64,000 nucleotides of DNA from Leucoraja ocellata (taxonomy: Eukaryota). Below, piece after piece: positions 26,426 through 39,803 of the stretch (its first letter is position 1; every line of letters starts with the position of its first letter). The DNA lies in NCBI GenBank assembly GCA_036785375.1, contig JAWMAR010003005.1, forward strand, positions 1 through 64,000. Direction: 5' to 3'. A program made the position numbers and the translations under genes. The notes beneath the pieces are model-generated. The model did no database searches and was not told where the DNA came from. It saw only the letters and a list, made by a program, of their open reading frames with translations.

Positions 26426-26693
26426 TATTTGTTATTTGCACGATTTGTTATTTATTGAAGTGTTTTTTCACTTCCCCCGTTATGCACTATGTTTACATAT
26501 TCACATATTCTGTTGTGCTGCAGCAAGTGAGAATTTCCTTGTCCCGTGTGGTACATATGACAATAAAACACTCTTGACTCTTCTTGACTCACTCACACAC
26601 TGCAACACTTGTCCTTCAGTGCTAAACTTGCCTGGTCCTTATTTTGTGATGGGGTAAAAGATGTGATGATTAGAGTGAATCCCAGCACCGTAC

Positions 26694-27011
26694 CTTGAAA
26701 GCTTTTCACTTCCCGGCTGATACTGGTGTTCGAGGGGGGATGAGACACTGTACAGCCGAAGACTGAGCCTTTCTTCCAATCCTCTGAACTCACATTCAGG
26801 AAGTGGCTGGCACTGAAAGTCCCCCCCTGCTCCAGAGCAGTCGGTGTAGCGCTGGTAGTGGAGGAGATTGGGGCTCCGTCTTTCTCCCAAGTGACGTTAA
26901 TGAGGTCCGGGTAGAAACCAGAGAGCACACACTCGAGGATGGCTGTGTGGCTGCGCTTGGTCTCTTGGTGAGCTGGAGGCAGCAGTCTGACCTTGGGTCT
27001 TTTTGTTTCAA
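26694..27011 (-). CDS. IgW: IgW duplicated CH4-like exon, copy B (10th C exon)
   Basis: 318 nt, AG/GT intact, phase 1-1; both Cys and Trp present (ILECVLSGFYP...VTW...FGCTVSH). Confidence 0.92.
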
Positions 27012-27444
27012 CTGGAACAGAGGAGCAAAGTAGATGTGAGTCCCTCTTCCTCAAGGGCCTGCCCACTTACACAACTTTTTTGGCGACTGCCGGCACCCGT
27101 CATAGGTCGTTACAGGTCGCCGAAAATTTGAAACAGGTCATGTTGAAAATCCAGCGGTGACCAGCACAAGGTACGACTCTTTGGGCGACTACACACGACG
27201 ATGCAGGCTTCACACCACGACATATCGCCAGGGTGTCACTTGTATGGTCGTGAGTAGTCTCCTCAGTCGCCCAAAGAGTCGTAGCATCTTTCTGGTCACC
27301 ACTGGATTTTCAACATGTTGAAACTTTTTGGCGACCTACAACGACCTACGACGGGTGTCGGCCGTCACCGAAAAAGTTGCGTAAGTGGGAAAGGCCCTTC
27401 ATGGTAACTAATGTTGGCCGTATCATTGTCGATCTCTCGCCCAC

Positions 27445-27747
27445 CTTTGGCACTTTCTGTCCGTGCTGACACTGGTGAGGATGATGGAGATCGTTGGGCA
27501 GAGCACACAACCTCCACCCCGCTGGTCCACTCCTCCACACTGCTCCGGAGTTTACTGCTCACTCTGTCTTGGGTACTTTCCCCTCTCGGTTGGTGGGTCA
27601 CAGCCCCTGTAGTTCTCTCCCTTCCGCTCACTTGCCAGTAGACTTGGACCTGGCTCAGATCAGCGCCCATTACCACGCACACCACAGTAGCGGTCTTGTT
27701 GATCCAAATCTCTTCAGTAGAGGGGTTTTGGATAAAGACAGACAATT
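27445..27747 (-). CDS. IgW: IgW duplicated CH3-like exon, copy B (9th C exon)
   Basis: 303 nt, AG/GT intact, open C1-set frame. Confidence 0.92.
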
Positions 27748-27869
27748 CTGCAGATGAGAAATAGGAAGCTTACAAACCGGACAAGGTCTGGTGTTGTCGT
27801 CACCGATCAACTGGACTCTGACAACTTGCATTCATTTTCCAGACTCACTTTATTGACGTGTGCATAAGG

Positions 27870-28625
27870 AACAACCTCTCTCTCAATGTCTGCTAAACTA
27901 AAGAGCTGATCATGGACTACAGGAGACAGCAGGGGAGTGGACACCTCCCCATCCATATCGGTGATGTTGACATTGAAAGGGTCAGCAGTTTCAAGTTCCT
28001 CAGTGTGTACATCAGTGAGGACCTCTCCTGGACACTGCACACGGACACAATAACTAAGAAAGCCCGCCAGCGGCTCTTTCTCCTGAGAATACTGAGGTAG
28101 TTTGGCATGAATGCCAGCATCCTCACAAACTTCCACAGATGCACCATCGAGAGCCTGCTGACGGGTTGCATCACAGTCTGGTACGGGAACTGTTCTGCCC
28201 ACAGCCGCAAATCACTACAGAGAGTGGAGAAGGCGGCACAGTACATCACTGGCAACTGTCTCCTGGCCATTCAGGACATTTTCCACTGGAGAGTGGTGCC
28301 TGCTGCACAGCATCGTCAAGGACCACAGCCACCCAGCACACAGACTGTTCTCCTTGTTACCGTCAGGCAGATGATACAGGGGCATGGCTGCAAGTACCAC
28401 CTGACTTAAGAGCAGATTTTACAAACAGGCCATCAGGCTAAATACTATATTATTATTTGGTATTTACACTATGTTTGTTATTTATTGAAATGTTTCTTTT
28501 TTTCCCTTCCCCCGTTATGCACTATGTTTATATATTCACATATTCTGTTGTGCTGCAGCAAGTAAGAATTTTATTGTCCCGTCCGGGATATATGACAATA
28601 AAACACTTTTGATTCTTCTTGACCC
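27870..28625 (+). mobile_element. Rex1/Babar-like LINE fragment in the A-B spacer (carries the empty DIRS target site)
   Basis: Near-identical to 20632-21211 + 26423-26590 without the insert. Confidence 0.8.
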
Positions 28626-28754
28626 TAGTCTAGGCTTTGTGGTCATCCCTCACTCACACACTGCAACACTTGTCCTTCAGTGCTAAACTTGTCTGGACCC
28701 TATTTTGTGACGGGGTAAAAGATGTGATGATTAGAGTGAATCCCAGCACCGTAC

Positions 28755-29072
28755 CTTGAAAGCTTTTCACTTCCCGGCTGATACTGGTGTTCGAGGGGGG
28801 ATGAGACACTATACAGCCGAAGACTGAGCCTTTCTTCCAATCCTCTGAACTCACATTCAGGAAGTGGCTGGCACTGAAAGTCCCCCCCTGCTCCAGAGCA
28901 GTCGGTGTAGCACTGGTGGTGGAGGAGACTGGGGCTCCGTCTTTCTCCCAAGTGACGTTTATGAGGTCCGGGTAGAAACCAGAGAGCACACACTCGAGGA
29001 TGGCTGTGTGGCTGCGCTTGGTCTCTTGGTGAGCTGGAGGCAGCAGTCTGACCTTGGGTCTTTTTGTTTCAA
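28755..29072 (-). CDS. IgW: IgW duplicated CH4-like exon, copy A (8th C exon)
   Basis: 318 nt, AG/GT intact, both Cys present (ILEC...FGCIVSH). Confidence 0.92.
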
Positions 29073-29509
29073 CTGGAACAGAGGAGCAAAGTAGATGTGA
29101 AACCCTCTTCCTCAAGGGCCTGTCCCACTTACACAACTTTTTTGGCGACTGCCGGCACCCGTCATAGCTCGTTACAGGTCGCCGAAAAATGTAAACATGT
29201 TGAAAATCCAGCGGTGACCAGCACAAGGTATGACTATTTGACTCAAGGTATGACTACTCACGACCATACTGGCTTCACCCCGCGACATGTCACCAGGTTG
29301 TCGCCTGCATGGGCGTGAGTAGCCTCCTCAGTCGCCCAAAGAGTCGTAAAGTCTTTCAGGTTGCCACTGAATTTTCAAAATGTTGAAACTTTTTGGCGAC
29401 CTACAATGACCTATGACGGGTGCCGGCCGTCACCGAAAAAGTTGCGTAAGTGGGAAAGGCCCTTCATGGTAACTAATGTTGGCCGTATCATTGCCGATCT
29501 CTCGCCCAC

Positions 29510-29812
29510 CTTTGGCACTTTCTGTCCGTGCTGACACTGGTGAGGATGATGGAGATCGTTGGGCAGAGCACACAACCTCCACCCCGCTGGTCCACTCCTC
29601 CACACTGCTCCGGAGTTTACTGCTCACTCTGTCTTGGGTCCTTTCCTCTCTCGGTTGGTGGGTCACAGCCCCTGTAGTTCTCTCCCTTCCGCTCACTTGC
29701 CAGTAGACTTGGACCTGGCTCAGATCAGCGCCCATTACCACGCACACCACAGTAGCGGTCTTGTTGATCCAAATCTCTTCAGTGGAGGGGTTTTGGATAA
29801 AGACAGACAATT
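29510..29812 (-). CDS. IgW: IgW duplicated CH3-like exon, copy A (7th C exon)
   Basis: 303 nt, AG/GT intact, open C1-set frame. Confidence 0.92.
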
Positions 29813-30084
29813 CTGCAGATGAGAAATAGGAAGCTTACAAACCGGACAAGGTCTGGTGTTGTCGTCACCGATCAACTGGACTCTGACGACTTGCATTCAT
29901 TTTCCAGACTCACTTTATTGACGTGTGCATAAGGAGAGCAGCACAGTCCCACTTACCTGCTGCTCTGAAATTCCATTCAGCATTTATACATAGTTTGACC
30001 CTTGAAATTATGCGCACACTCTAATTTCTTATAATTGAACACAATACATTTTCCACAACACTTATACAAATACATTAACACTAA

Positions 30085-32837
30085 TGGCCCTGTCTCACGG
30101 TGTGAGTCCACCTACGAGTGATCCCGAGTGAAAGAAAAAATCAAACTCGTGGTTGTCTACGAGATTCCAAGTTTATTTTCACGAGTTTAAACGCGTTCCC
30201 ACGTGTATGTCTAAGTTTGCCATTTACTTCTCATTTCTGCGATGTACCAAGTTACTTTCCCGAGTTACCAAGCTCCTCTCCAGAGTTACTCTTGAGCCAA
30301 CAACGACTACCGACATGTGGAAAAATCATCACATGGTAAAAATGATGTCATGCAGTTTTTTTTCACTATAAAAAGACCCAGCCTGAAGAACGATCTCGAC
30401 CCGAAACATCACCTATTTCTTTTCTCCACAGATGCTGCCTGACCAGTTGAGTTAGTCCATCATTTTGTGTCTATCTTTGGTTTAAACTGGTATCTGCAAT
30501 TCCTTCCTTCAAACTTTTAGAGCAGTTTGTTTCAAGAAACAATCCTTCCAAAATTGCTTTCAAAAGTCCACTTGAACAGCATTTGTCATTGAAAGGCAGA
30601 GGCTGTTTTGTGTCGGGAGGAACTGCAGATGCTGGTTTACACCGAAGATAGATACAAAAAGCTGGAGTAACTCAGCAGGACATGCAGCATTTCTGGAGAG
30701 AAGGAATGGGTGACGTTTCTGGTCGAGTCCCTTCTTCAGACTGAAAAAACCTTTCGATCCTTCTCTCCACAGATGCTGCCGGCTTGGCTGAGTTACTGCA
30801 GATTTTTGTGTCTAGTAAGATTATTTTATTCCCTTAATTTATCTCTCATCAAAACGTTGGTAAACTTCTAACAAAAAGAGTAGGTAAATTGAACTTTAAC
30901 GTTATTTTTTCTCCCAACAGCAAGGTCCGTAGACCAGACGGATAGCAGTGTGTGTCTCTCTACTCACCCAGTATGTCCGTCAGAACAGGGATCCCACCAT
31001 TGTGACTTAAACTGTATAAAAAGCAGCGGCTCACAACATTGCTGATTGGGCAGATCTGCTCAGAAACCACCCCTTTCACACTCACCCCAGCCCTGGGAAG
31101 TAACATTTTCAGAGCTCTACAGTCACCCAAGCCCGCCAGCGAACCGCTGAATGAAACACAAATCTCAGATGTGCTCTTCAGCAGTGGCATCCCAGAGTTT
31201 CCCAGCGCCTGGCCCAAGTTGCAATTTACACTCAGGTAAACTGATATTTTATTTAAAACCCAAATACAATTGGACCTTAATTGTAAATATGAGAATGTTT
31301 TCCTATATTGTACGGTAGACTATCATCCAGTGTAGACACCATCATTTATTGGAAAAATATGAATATACAAAAACAGGGGTTAGTTAAAAATTGGAGTCAT
31401 ATCCCATCTACAGCTCACGTTCTCTTGCTGTGTTTCTAAGAAAGGTCATTAAGGACTTATGTTATGTGTTTTTGTTGGACTGAAACCACCCCATTTACAA
31501 CATAAAGCTGTGGGTAACTTTTTAGTAGAATACTTGTGATGTAAAGAACCAGAAATTAATTTATTTTACATAACACACAAAAATAACTCTGGTCTTAATT
31601 ACCAATGCAGCTTGTGAACTTATTTGCGGGTGCGGCAGCATCTATGGAGCGAAGGAAATAGGCAACGTTTCAGGCCAAATCCCTTTTTCAGACTGAAGAA
31701 GTGTTTCAGCCCGAAACGTTGCCTATTTCCTTCACTCCATAGATGCTGCTGCACCCACTGAGTTTCTCCAGCGCTTTTGTCTACCTTTGATTTTCCATCA
31801 TCTGCAGTTCCTACTTGAACTTATTTTGTGAACTTCCCCACTGAATGCTTCCTATCTTTTGCAAGCATATTGCACGGGTTAGTACAAATACAGTTAAAAC
31901 TCTGAATAACAACATGCCATGAAGGAGCTTCCAAAGATTCATTTATCAAGAAGCTAGAGTAACTAAGCACGACAGACGGCATCTCTGGAGAGAAGGAATA
32001 GGTGATGTTTCGGGTCGAGACCCTTCTTCGATTTTAAACCTGCATCTGCAGTTCCTCCCCATTTATAATTTTGACATTTATAAAATTCCCATTTATAAAA
32101 TTATAAAATAAAATACCATTTACAACATTGTTTTGAGCAATTGTTCCCTAACGTGGACAGACTGGGTGGAAAGTGATGCCTGACAAAAATCCCCTGTATA
32201 ACGCATCAGTCTTCAATAACTGATGTTAAAGTGTCGGATATAAATCCTGAGATCGGACACCTGTCCCATATATCTGCTTCTCCATAAAAAGTGCATTAAC
32301 CCAACAGGGATTCATGGCACCGTTTCAATGTGAAAAGGTAAAGTTCTGAAGGGAACTAATTCACTCTCACAATGCAGCTTTCCCAACACTGTGTGGTTCA
32401 TTCTTTTTACCACTGTTTCTCAGATCACCGGTGAGTGCTTTTTGCTCCTTAACAGTGAATTATTAGATCACTGTAAAATGTTCCATTAAGATCTGACTAA
32501 TCTTCAACATTTCACTTTTGGCACTCAGGCCAAACCCACGAGTTACTCACGAGTCACTACAGTAAACTCACGGGCTACTACGGTATTACAAGGAGTTTAA
32601 AAGTTTCACATTTTTCCTTCAAGAGTAAATTTGACTCATGGAAATCTTTCAAAATGTTGAACATTTTTCACGAGTTAACAAGTTTCCCGAGTACCTGCCG
32701 TTAGCGTTACGAGTCGCTAAGTTACGTCCACGAGTTCCCACGTTCCCGCTACATTAATTCTACGTGATTACCACGAGTTTGATTTGTTTTTAACTCGGGA
32801 TCACTCGTGGGTGGACTCGCACCATGGGACAGGCGTT
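30085..32837. mobile_element. Non-autonomous DNA transposon with long imperfect TIRs (Harbinger-like termini), containing Penelope-like fragments
   Basis: Left GGCCCTGTCTCACGGTGTGAGTCCACCTACGAGTGATCCCGAGT... is the near reverse complement of right ...ACTCGGGATCACTCGTGGGTGGACTCGCACCATGGGACAGGC. Confidence 0.65.
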
Positions 32838-34311
32838 TAACACAAATAAAAATACATGCTGTTCAATTCTTTATTGGTATTTAATTTTAGTGCACCATAG
32901 AAAGCATTTTATCAGGATGCATCACAGCATGGTTTGGAAACAGCTCCATCCATGAAATGGCAGCGAATTGTGGTTGCAGCCCAGATCATCACACAAACCA
33001 ACCTCCCTTCCACTGACTCCATTTACATCTCATGCTGCCTCGGCAAGGCCAGCAGCATAATCAAGGACCTGTTGCACCCTGGCCACTCTCTCTTCTCCCC
33101 TCTCCCATCAGGAAAATAGGTATTGAAGTGTGAAAACACACACCTCCAGATTCAGGGACAGTTTCTTCCCAGCTGCTATCAAACAACTGAACCATCCCCT
33201 CACCAACTAGATCGCAATCCTGAGATATCATCTACCGCACTGGAGACCCTCGCACTATGTTTAATCGGACATTACCTTGCACAAAACATTCTTCCATTTA
33301 TCATGTATCTGTAGACTGTGGATGGCTTGATTGTAATTATATAGTCTTTCTGTGACTGGTTAGCACGCAACAAAAAGCATTTTCACTGTACCTCAGTCTA
33401 CGTGACAATAAACTAAACCAAACCAAACATCCCTCAGCCCACACATTAGGCATTGCATCCCCCACCATAGACCTTCCACCATCGACACTTCACGCTGCCT
33501 CAGGAAAGCAGCCAACATCATCAAGGAACCTTCACATCCCAGTCATTGTCTCTACTCCCCTCTCCAGAAGATACAAGAAGCTTGAAAGCACATAGCAGCA
33601 AATTCAAGGACAGATTTACTTTAAGCACCGACAGGCAGATGCTTAATTGTAACATTGGAATAGAAGAGTTACCAATGATGAGTTGTCTCTTTTATTCAAC
33701 ATCATCCGTGCACACCCACTGAGGACAGAGACTCCTCAAACAACCATCCCCCTTGTTGGACACAGATGTCATGTGTGGCTCAGTGGTGAGCAATGTCACC
33801 TCATGAAAGCTGCTGTCTTTGGGATGAGGCTTTAAGGAGGTGCTTCTCAGGTATATGTCAGCAATGCCACAACATGACCACAAGAGTTCTGCTCAGAGTC
33901 CTTTTATTTTTATTTTTTTTATTTATTTTTTTTTTATTAGAAGTACGGTAAATTACAATCCTACACAACACATATATCTTAATACATTTTTTGTACCGCT
34001 TCATTTTTTTTTTGAGCTTTAAGAAAAAGGTAGAAGTAAGGAAAGTAAAGAAAGTGCAAGAGATTCGTGAAGTGCAAGAGTGTTGGGAAAAGAAAGCTCC
34101 TTAGGAAAGAAGTTAGAGAAGGAAGTAAATTGAGAAAATAGACCCTAGAAAAGAAAGAAAGAGTAAATAGAAACAATCGCTCTATTATAACATTAAACTC
34201 CGCAGAAAGGGGACTACCAACCAAGTCTGTTTTTGTTGTTTTACCTCCCGTTACCAGGTCCTGATACCACTTATTTATATATTTGTTTTTTTTTTAAATT
34301 ACTATTGCACC

Positions 34312-37300
34312 TCATACTTGTAATAGGTCCAGAAACATAGACCACGTCTTTTGGAATTGGTCTGCTTTACCTGCTAGGAGGAATCTCATCTCTTCCAGAT
34401 GTAATGTTTCAAACATATTTGATATCCACATTTTTATTGTTGGTGTCGACGCATTTTTCCAGAATTTAAGTATAAGCTTTTTTCCCATTATTAGCCCGTA
34501 ATTAAATAAATTCTTCTGAAACACGTTTAATTCAGGGTTACCTTCCGATATTCCGAAGATAATCCATTCTGGTTTTGGTACCAGTTTTATTTTGATCAAT
34601 TTTGAAAAAATATCAAATATTTCATACCAGAATTTTTGGATTTTTGTACAAAAAACAAAAGAGTGCGCTATGGTAGCTTCTTGACACAGGCATTTATCAC
34701 AGATTGGTGAAACATTAGGGAAGATTTTATTTAATTTAGTTTTTGAATAATATAATCTATGTAATGTTTTAAATTGGATGAGCGTATGTCGTACGTTGAT
34801 CGAACATTTATGCACCTATATAACCATATAACCATATAACAATTACAGCACGGAAACAGGCCATCTCGGCCCTACAAGTCCATGCCGAACAAATTTTTTT
34901 CCCCTTAGTCCCACCTGCCTGCACTCGTACCATAACCCTCCATTCCCTTCTCATCCATATGCCTATCCAATTTATTTTTAAATGATACCAATGAACCTGC
35001 CTCCACCACTTCCACTGGGAGCTCATTCCACACCGCCACCACTCTCTGCGTAAAGAAGTTCCCCCTCATATTACCCCTAAACCTCTGTCCCTTAATTCTG
35101 AAGTCATGTCCTCTTGTTTGAATCTTCCCTATTCTCAAAGGGAAAAGCTTGTCCACATCAACTCTGTCTATCCCTCTCATCATTTTAAAGACCTCTATCA
35201 GGTCCCCCCTTAACCTTCTGCGCTCCAGAGAATAAAGACCTAACTTATTCAACCTATCTCTGTAACTTAGTTGTTGAAACCCAGGCAATATTCTAGTAAA
35301 TCTCCTCTGTACTCTCTCTATTTTGTTGACATCCTTCCTATAATTTGGCGACCAAAATTGTACCCCATACTCCAGATTTGGTCTCACCAATGCCTTGTAC
35401 AATTTTAACATTACATCCCAGCTTCTATACTCAATGCTCTGATTTATAAAGGCTAGCATACCAAAAGCTTTCTTTACCACCCTATCTATATGAGATTCCA
35501 CCTTCAAGGAACTATGCACGGTTATACCCAGATCCCTCTGTTCAACTGTATTCTTCAATTCCCTACCATTTACCATGTACCTGTAGTAAATGATTATCCC
35601 AGGTCTCTTTTGAGATTTTTATAGCTAATTCTTGTTCCCAATCTTTTCTAATTCCATCTGTTGTGGGTATTTCTATGTTTAAAATGATATTATATAGGTA
35701 CGATATTAAATTAGCTGATTCCGCCTTGGTCTTCATTGCTTCATCCAATAAGTCGGAAGGCATATTATGATAGTCTTTTGTGTGTTTTTTCAGATAATCA
35801 CAAATTTGAAGATATTTAAAATATTGGTTATTTTTCAAATTATATTTCAGTTGTAGTTGTTGAAATGATAGTAAATTCCCCAATTCATACAGATCTTCGA
35901 GCGTTTTGATTCCCATTCTTTCCCATTGTATAAATGATTTGTCTATGATTGATGGTTTAAACAATGGATTATTGACTATTGGTATTAAAAGAGATAGGTT
36001 TCTTAATTTTAAATTCTGTTTTATTTGTTTCCATGTTCTTATTGTGTTATGTATAATTGGATTTTTATTATAATTTTTATTATTCAAATTTATTGGTGAG
36101 AGGATGGTCGCTCCTATATTACTCGGGGAGCAGTCCCCTTTTTCCATTACCATCCAGTCCGCCTGCTGTGCAGAATTGTCCAGCAGGTGAATCATATTTT
36201 TAATATTTACTGCCCAATTATAATACATAAAATTAGGGAGCGCTAGACCCCCCAGCTCTTTTCGTTTATTAAGGTGTGCTATTTGTATTCTATGGGATTT
36301 ATAATCCCATATAAAATTTGTAATGTCTGAGTCCAATTTTTTGAAAAACTTTTTTGGGAGATATATAGGTATTGATTGAAATAGGTATAGAATTTGTGGT
36401 AAGAAAATCATTTTAATAGCATTTATTCTGCCTATTAAGGACATCGGAAGTGTTTTCCAGAATTTAATCAGATTATTCAATTTCTTGAGTAAGGGATTAT
36501 AATTGGCTTTAAACATATCCTGGTAATTTCTAATAATTTCAATTCCCAAATATTTGAATTTTTCTGTAGCTATTTTAAAGGGAAATTTCCGAAGATGTGT
36601 TGAGTCTTTTGGTTTTATCGACATAATTTCACTTTTGTTCCAATTTATTCTATATCCCGAAAAGGATCCAAAGTCTTCAATTAAATTTAATATGTTTGGT
36701 ATACTAATTTGTGGTTTTGTGATGTACAGTAGTACATCATCGGCATATAGGGATATTTTATTCTTTGAGTATTTTGTATTATAACCATAAATATCCGGAT
36801 GTGTTCTTATTTTTTCAGCAAGGGGTTCAATTACCAAAGCAAATAACAGCGGTGATAATGAGCATCCTTGTCTATTGCCCCTTGATAGTTCAAATTTCGA
36901 GGATAAAATATTATTAGTTAATATTCTAGCCGTAGGTTTGTTATATAATAGTTTTATCCATGCGATAAAGTTTTCTCCCAATTGGAATTTTTGCAATACT
37001 TTAATCATATAATCCCATTCTACTTGATCAAACGCTTTTTCTGCGTCCAGTGAGATAATAGATGACTCTTGGTCATGAGATTTTTGTGAGTGCATTATGT
37101 TAAGCAAACGTCTCAAATTATTGAATGAGTGTCTCTTAGGTATAAATCCTGTTTGATCTCCATTTATTAATCTACTAACGTACCTGCTTAGTCTACTGGC
37201 TAGTGTTTTCGCTATTATTTTTTGATCCGTATTTAACAAAGCAATAGCTCTATATGAGCCTGGTTCTTCTATGTTTTTATCTTTTTTAAGTATTAATGTG

Positions 37301-38876
37301 ATCGTTGATTCTGCTAAAGTTTCGGGTAAGCTTTGCTCTTTAAAAGCGTATGTATACATTTTCTGTAATCGTGGGTAACTATATCGTAAAAGGCTTTATA
37401 GAATTCACTACTGAATCCGTCTGGTCCTGGTGTTTTGCCGTTCTTTAGTGTTTTTATTGTGTCTTCTATCTCCTTAGAAGTAATTGTTGCTCCCAGTTCC
37501 TCTTGTTCCCTCAATTCTAATTTTGGGAGGTTACAATTTTCCAGAAATTCTGAAACTTTATTATTATCTATTGACGTTTTAGATGTATATAGATTTTCGT
37601 AAAATTGAGCAAATCTTTTATTGATATCCTTGGGTAATGTTAATAATTCCCCACTATCTGATTTAATCTTTAGTATTGCATTCTCTTTTTCCCGTTTTTT
37701 CAATTGGCGTGCTAAAAGTTTGTGTGGTTTGTCCCCGAATTCAAAGTGTTCTTGTTTTGTAACTTGGAATAATGTTATAACTTTCTCTGACAATAATTTA
37801 TTCAGCTTGAATTTCAATAATAGGATTTTATTATGTTTATCCATAGTTGGATCTTTAGCATTATCTGTATCTAATTGTTTTATTTGTTCTTCTAAATGTC
37901 TTTGTTCTTTCTTATTCTTTTTATTTTGATAAGCTTGAAATGAAATAATGACTCCTCTAATAAATGCTTTAAAGGATTCCCATAATAGCGTGGGGGATAT
38001 ATCTGGTGTATCATTTATCTCAAAGAATAAGTCCATCTGTTTTTTTAGATATATACTCCCTTGTGGGTCTTTTAAAAGTTGCGAATTAAACCTCCAGAAC
38101 GATTTATTCATAGACATTCCTTCTAATTTTAAAACAAAGGTTAAAGGAGAGTGATCTGAAATCGCATTAATGTGGTATTTAGGATTCATAGTGTGTGTAA
38201 TTAATTTTGTATCCACAAGAAAATAGTCTATCCGTGAATATGTTTTATGCACCGTTGAATAGAACGAGTAGTCCCTTCCCGTCGGATTTGCAATCCTCCA
38301 TACATCTGCTATATTTGTGTTTTCCATATATGTATGTAAGAGTTCACTGGTTTTAGATTTCATATTACCTTTTTGTTTTTGCATCGATTTATCTAAATAA
38401 GGGTCTAAAACACAGTTGAAGTCTCCTCCAATTATAACATTTTGATAATTAAATTCTGCAATTATATTCAGAATTTTATTAAAAAATTGAGGGTTATCAA
38501 AGTTGGGCGCATATATATTTACCAGCGTAATTGGCGTATTATTGATCTCTCCTGCTACTATAAGATATCTCCCTTCCTTATCTGAAATAGTATTCTTTGA
38601 TTTAAATGGAATTCCTTTACGAATAATAATTGCAGTACCTCTGGATTTAGAAGTGAATGAAGAGTGAAATGTTTGGCCTATCCAGTTAGCCCTCAGTCTC
38701 GTCTGATCTTGATGTTTAAGATGCGTTTCCTGTAGGAACGAAATGTCCGTGTTGTATGCTTTCAACTGAGCTAGTATCTTGCCCCTTTTAATAGGTTCAT
38801 TAATACCCCTTATATTCCAACTACATAGTGTGACTCCTCCCATTTTCCTTTGATTGTCGTCATACATTTTTACCAA
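34312..38876 (-). pseudogene. L1 ORF2 (APE + RT + Cys knuckle), broken by a 1-nt frameshift (~37372) and a CR1 insert
   Basis: SWNIRG, LQETH, IYAPN, GGDFN, SDH; LDAEKAFD, QGCSLSP, YADD; CDKC...H. Confidence 0.9.
34821..35575 (-). mobile_element. CR1-like 3' fragment inserted in L1 ORF2
   Basis: RDLG, RPNLEY, RGDLIE motifs; (TATATGGT)n tail; imperfect TSD ATG(C/T)ACCT(A/G)TA. Confidence 0.88.
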
Positions 38877-39803
38877 TTTTAATGACCTTACTTACTATGG
38901 TGCATCCATACCTCAGGACTCTGGTTATTTTGGGAGCATTTATATTATAGACTTTCTTGGTAGTTCCCGCGATTGTCCTTGAAAAAAAAACACATAAATG
39001 TGACATATTGTGATTAAAACAAAAAGTATATAGAATAAATGTACGGTGTCTGGGTTTCCGACACCGTAGTGAGTGGCCCACTCGTCTGTGGGATACGACA
39101 TCAATATTGCTTCCGGCGTAGCTGTTATGAGGTTAGCCCCACTGACTTTATTACTCATAACCTAGGGGGTAGGTACCGTTTCCAAATCAGTTCTATTTCA
39201 CCCCATTGCAGTATATATATATATATATATATGTTTCATTCCGACTCATCAAATCTAATCAAGTATTCAGTTACATATATTCCTCTCTCTTTATCTCTTA
39301 ACTATTTGTAATTGGTTTTAGTATTGTTAAAAGTGAGCTGTTCGTTGAAAGGGTTAAACAGAGTCAGGCTCCTGGAATTAAGCCAGGTGCCTGAGTCTCT
39401 TCCCCTCCCCACTCGAGCTGCGGAACCTGTGAGATTACCATGTTGTCTGCGTTATAACACATTTTTATCAATATCAGTTTATGTATTAGTATTGTTAGTT
39501 ATTAATTACTAATAATTCTCTATACTTTGTAAGAGTCTGTAAGAGTATGTAAGCCATGTGATGTTTTTCAGTCTCTCTCAGCTTCAGCAGAACTGCATTC
39601 TTCTGTTATCAATGTTTCCTGGTTTGAGCATCGCATGTCCTTGAATTAAATTCGAGAGAAGATTATAATGTCTAGACATGTCTCGTGGAAAATCTGTTGC
39701 GAATAATCATTTTTAAAGCTTGGTGTTATTCACTTTTTTCAATTTTCTACTAATATTCTTGTTGGGGGAATAAGCACATTAATTAGTTCATGACGTCTGG
39801 TGA

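Noticed and set aside
30968-31011. AG...GT-bounded mini-exon as an Ig hinge exon
   Set aside because: 44 nt is not a multiple of 3, so it would frameshift downstream exons.
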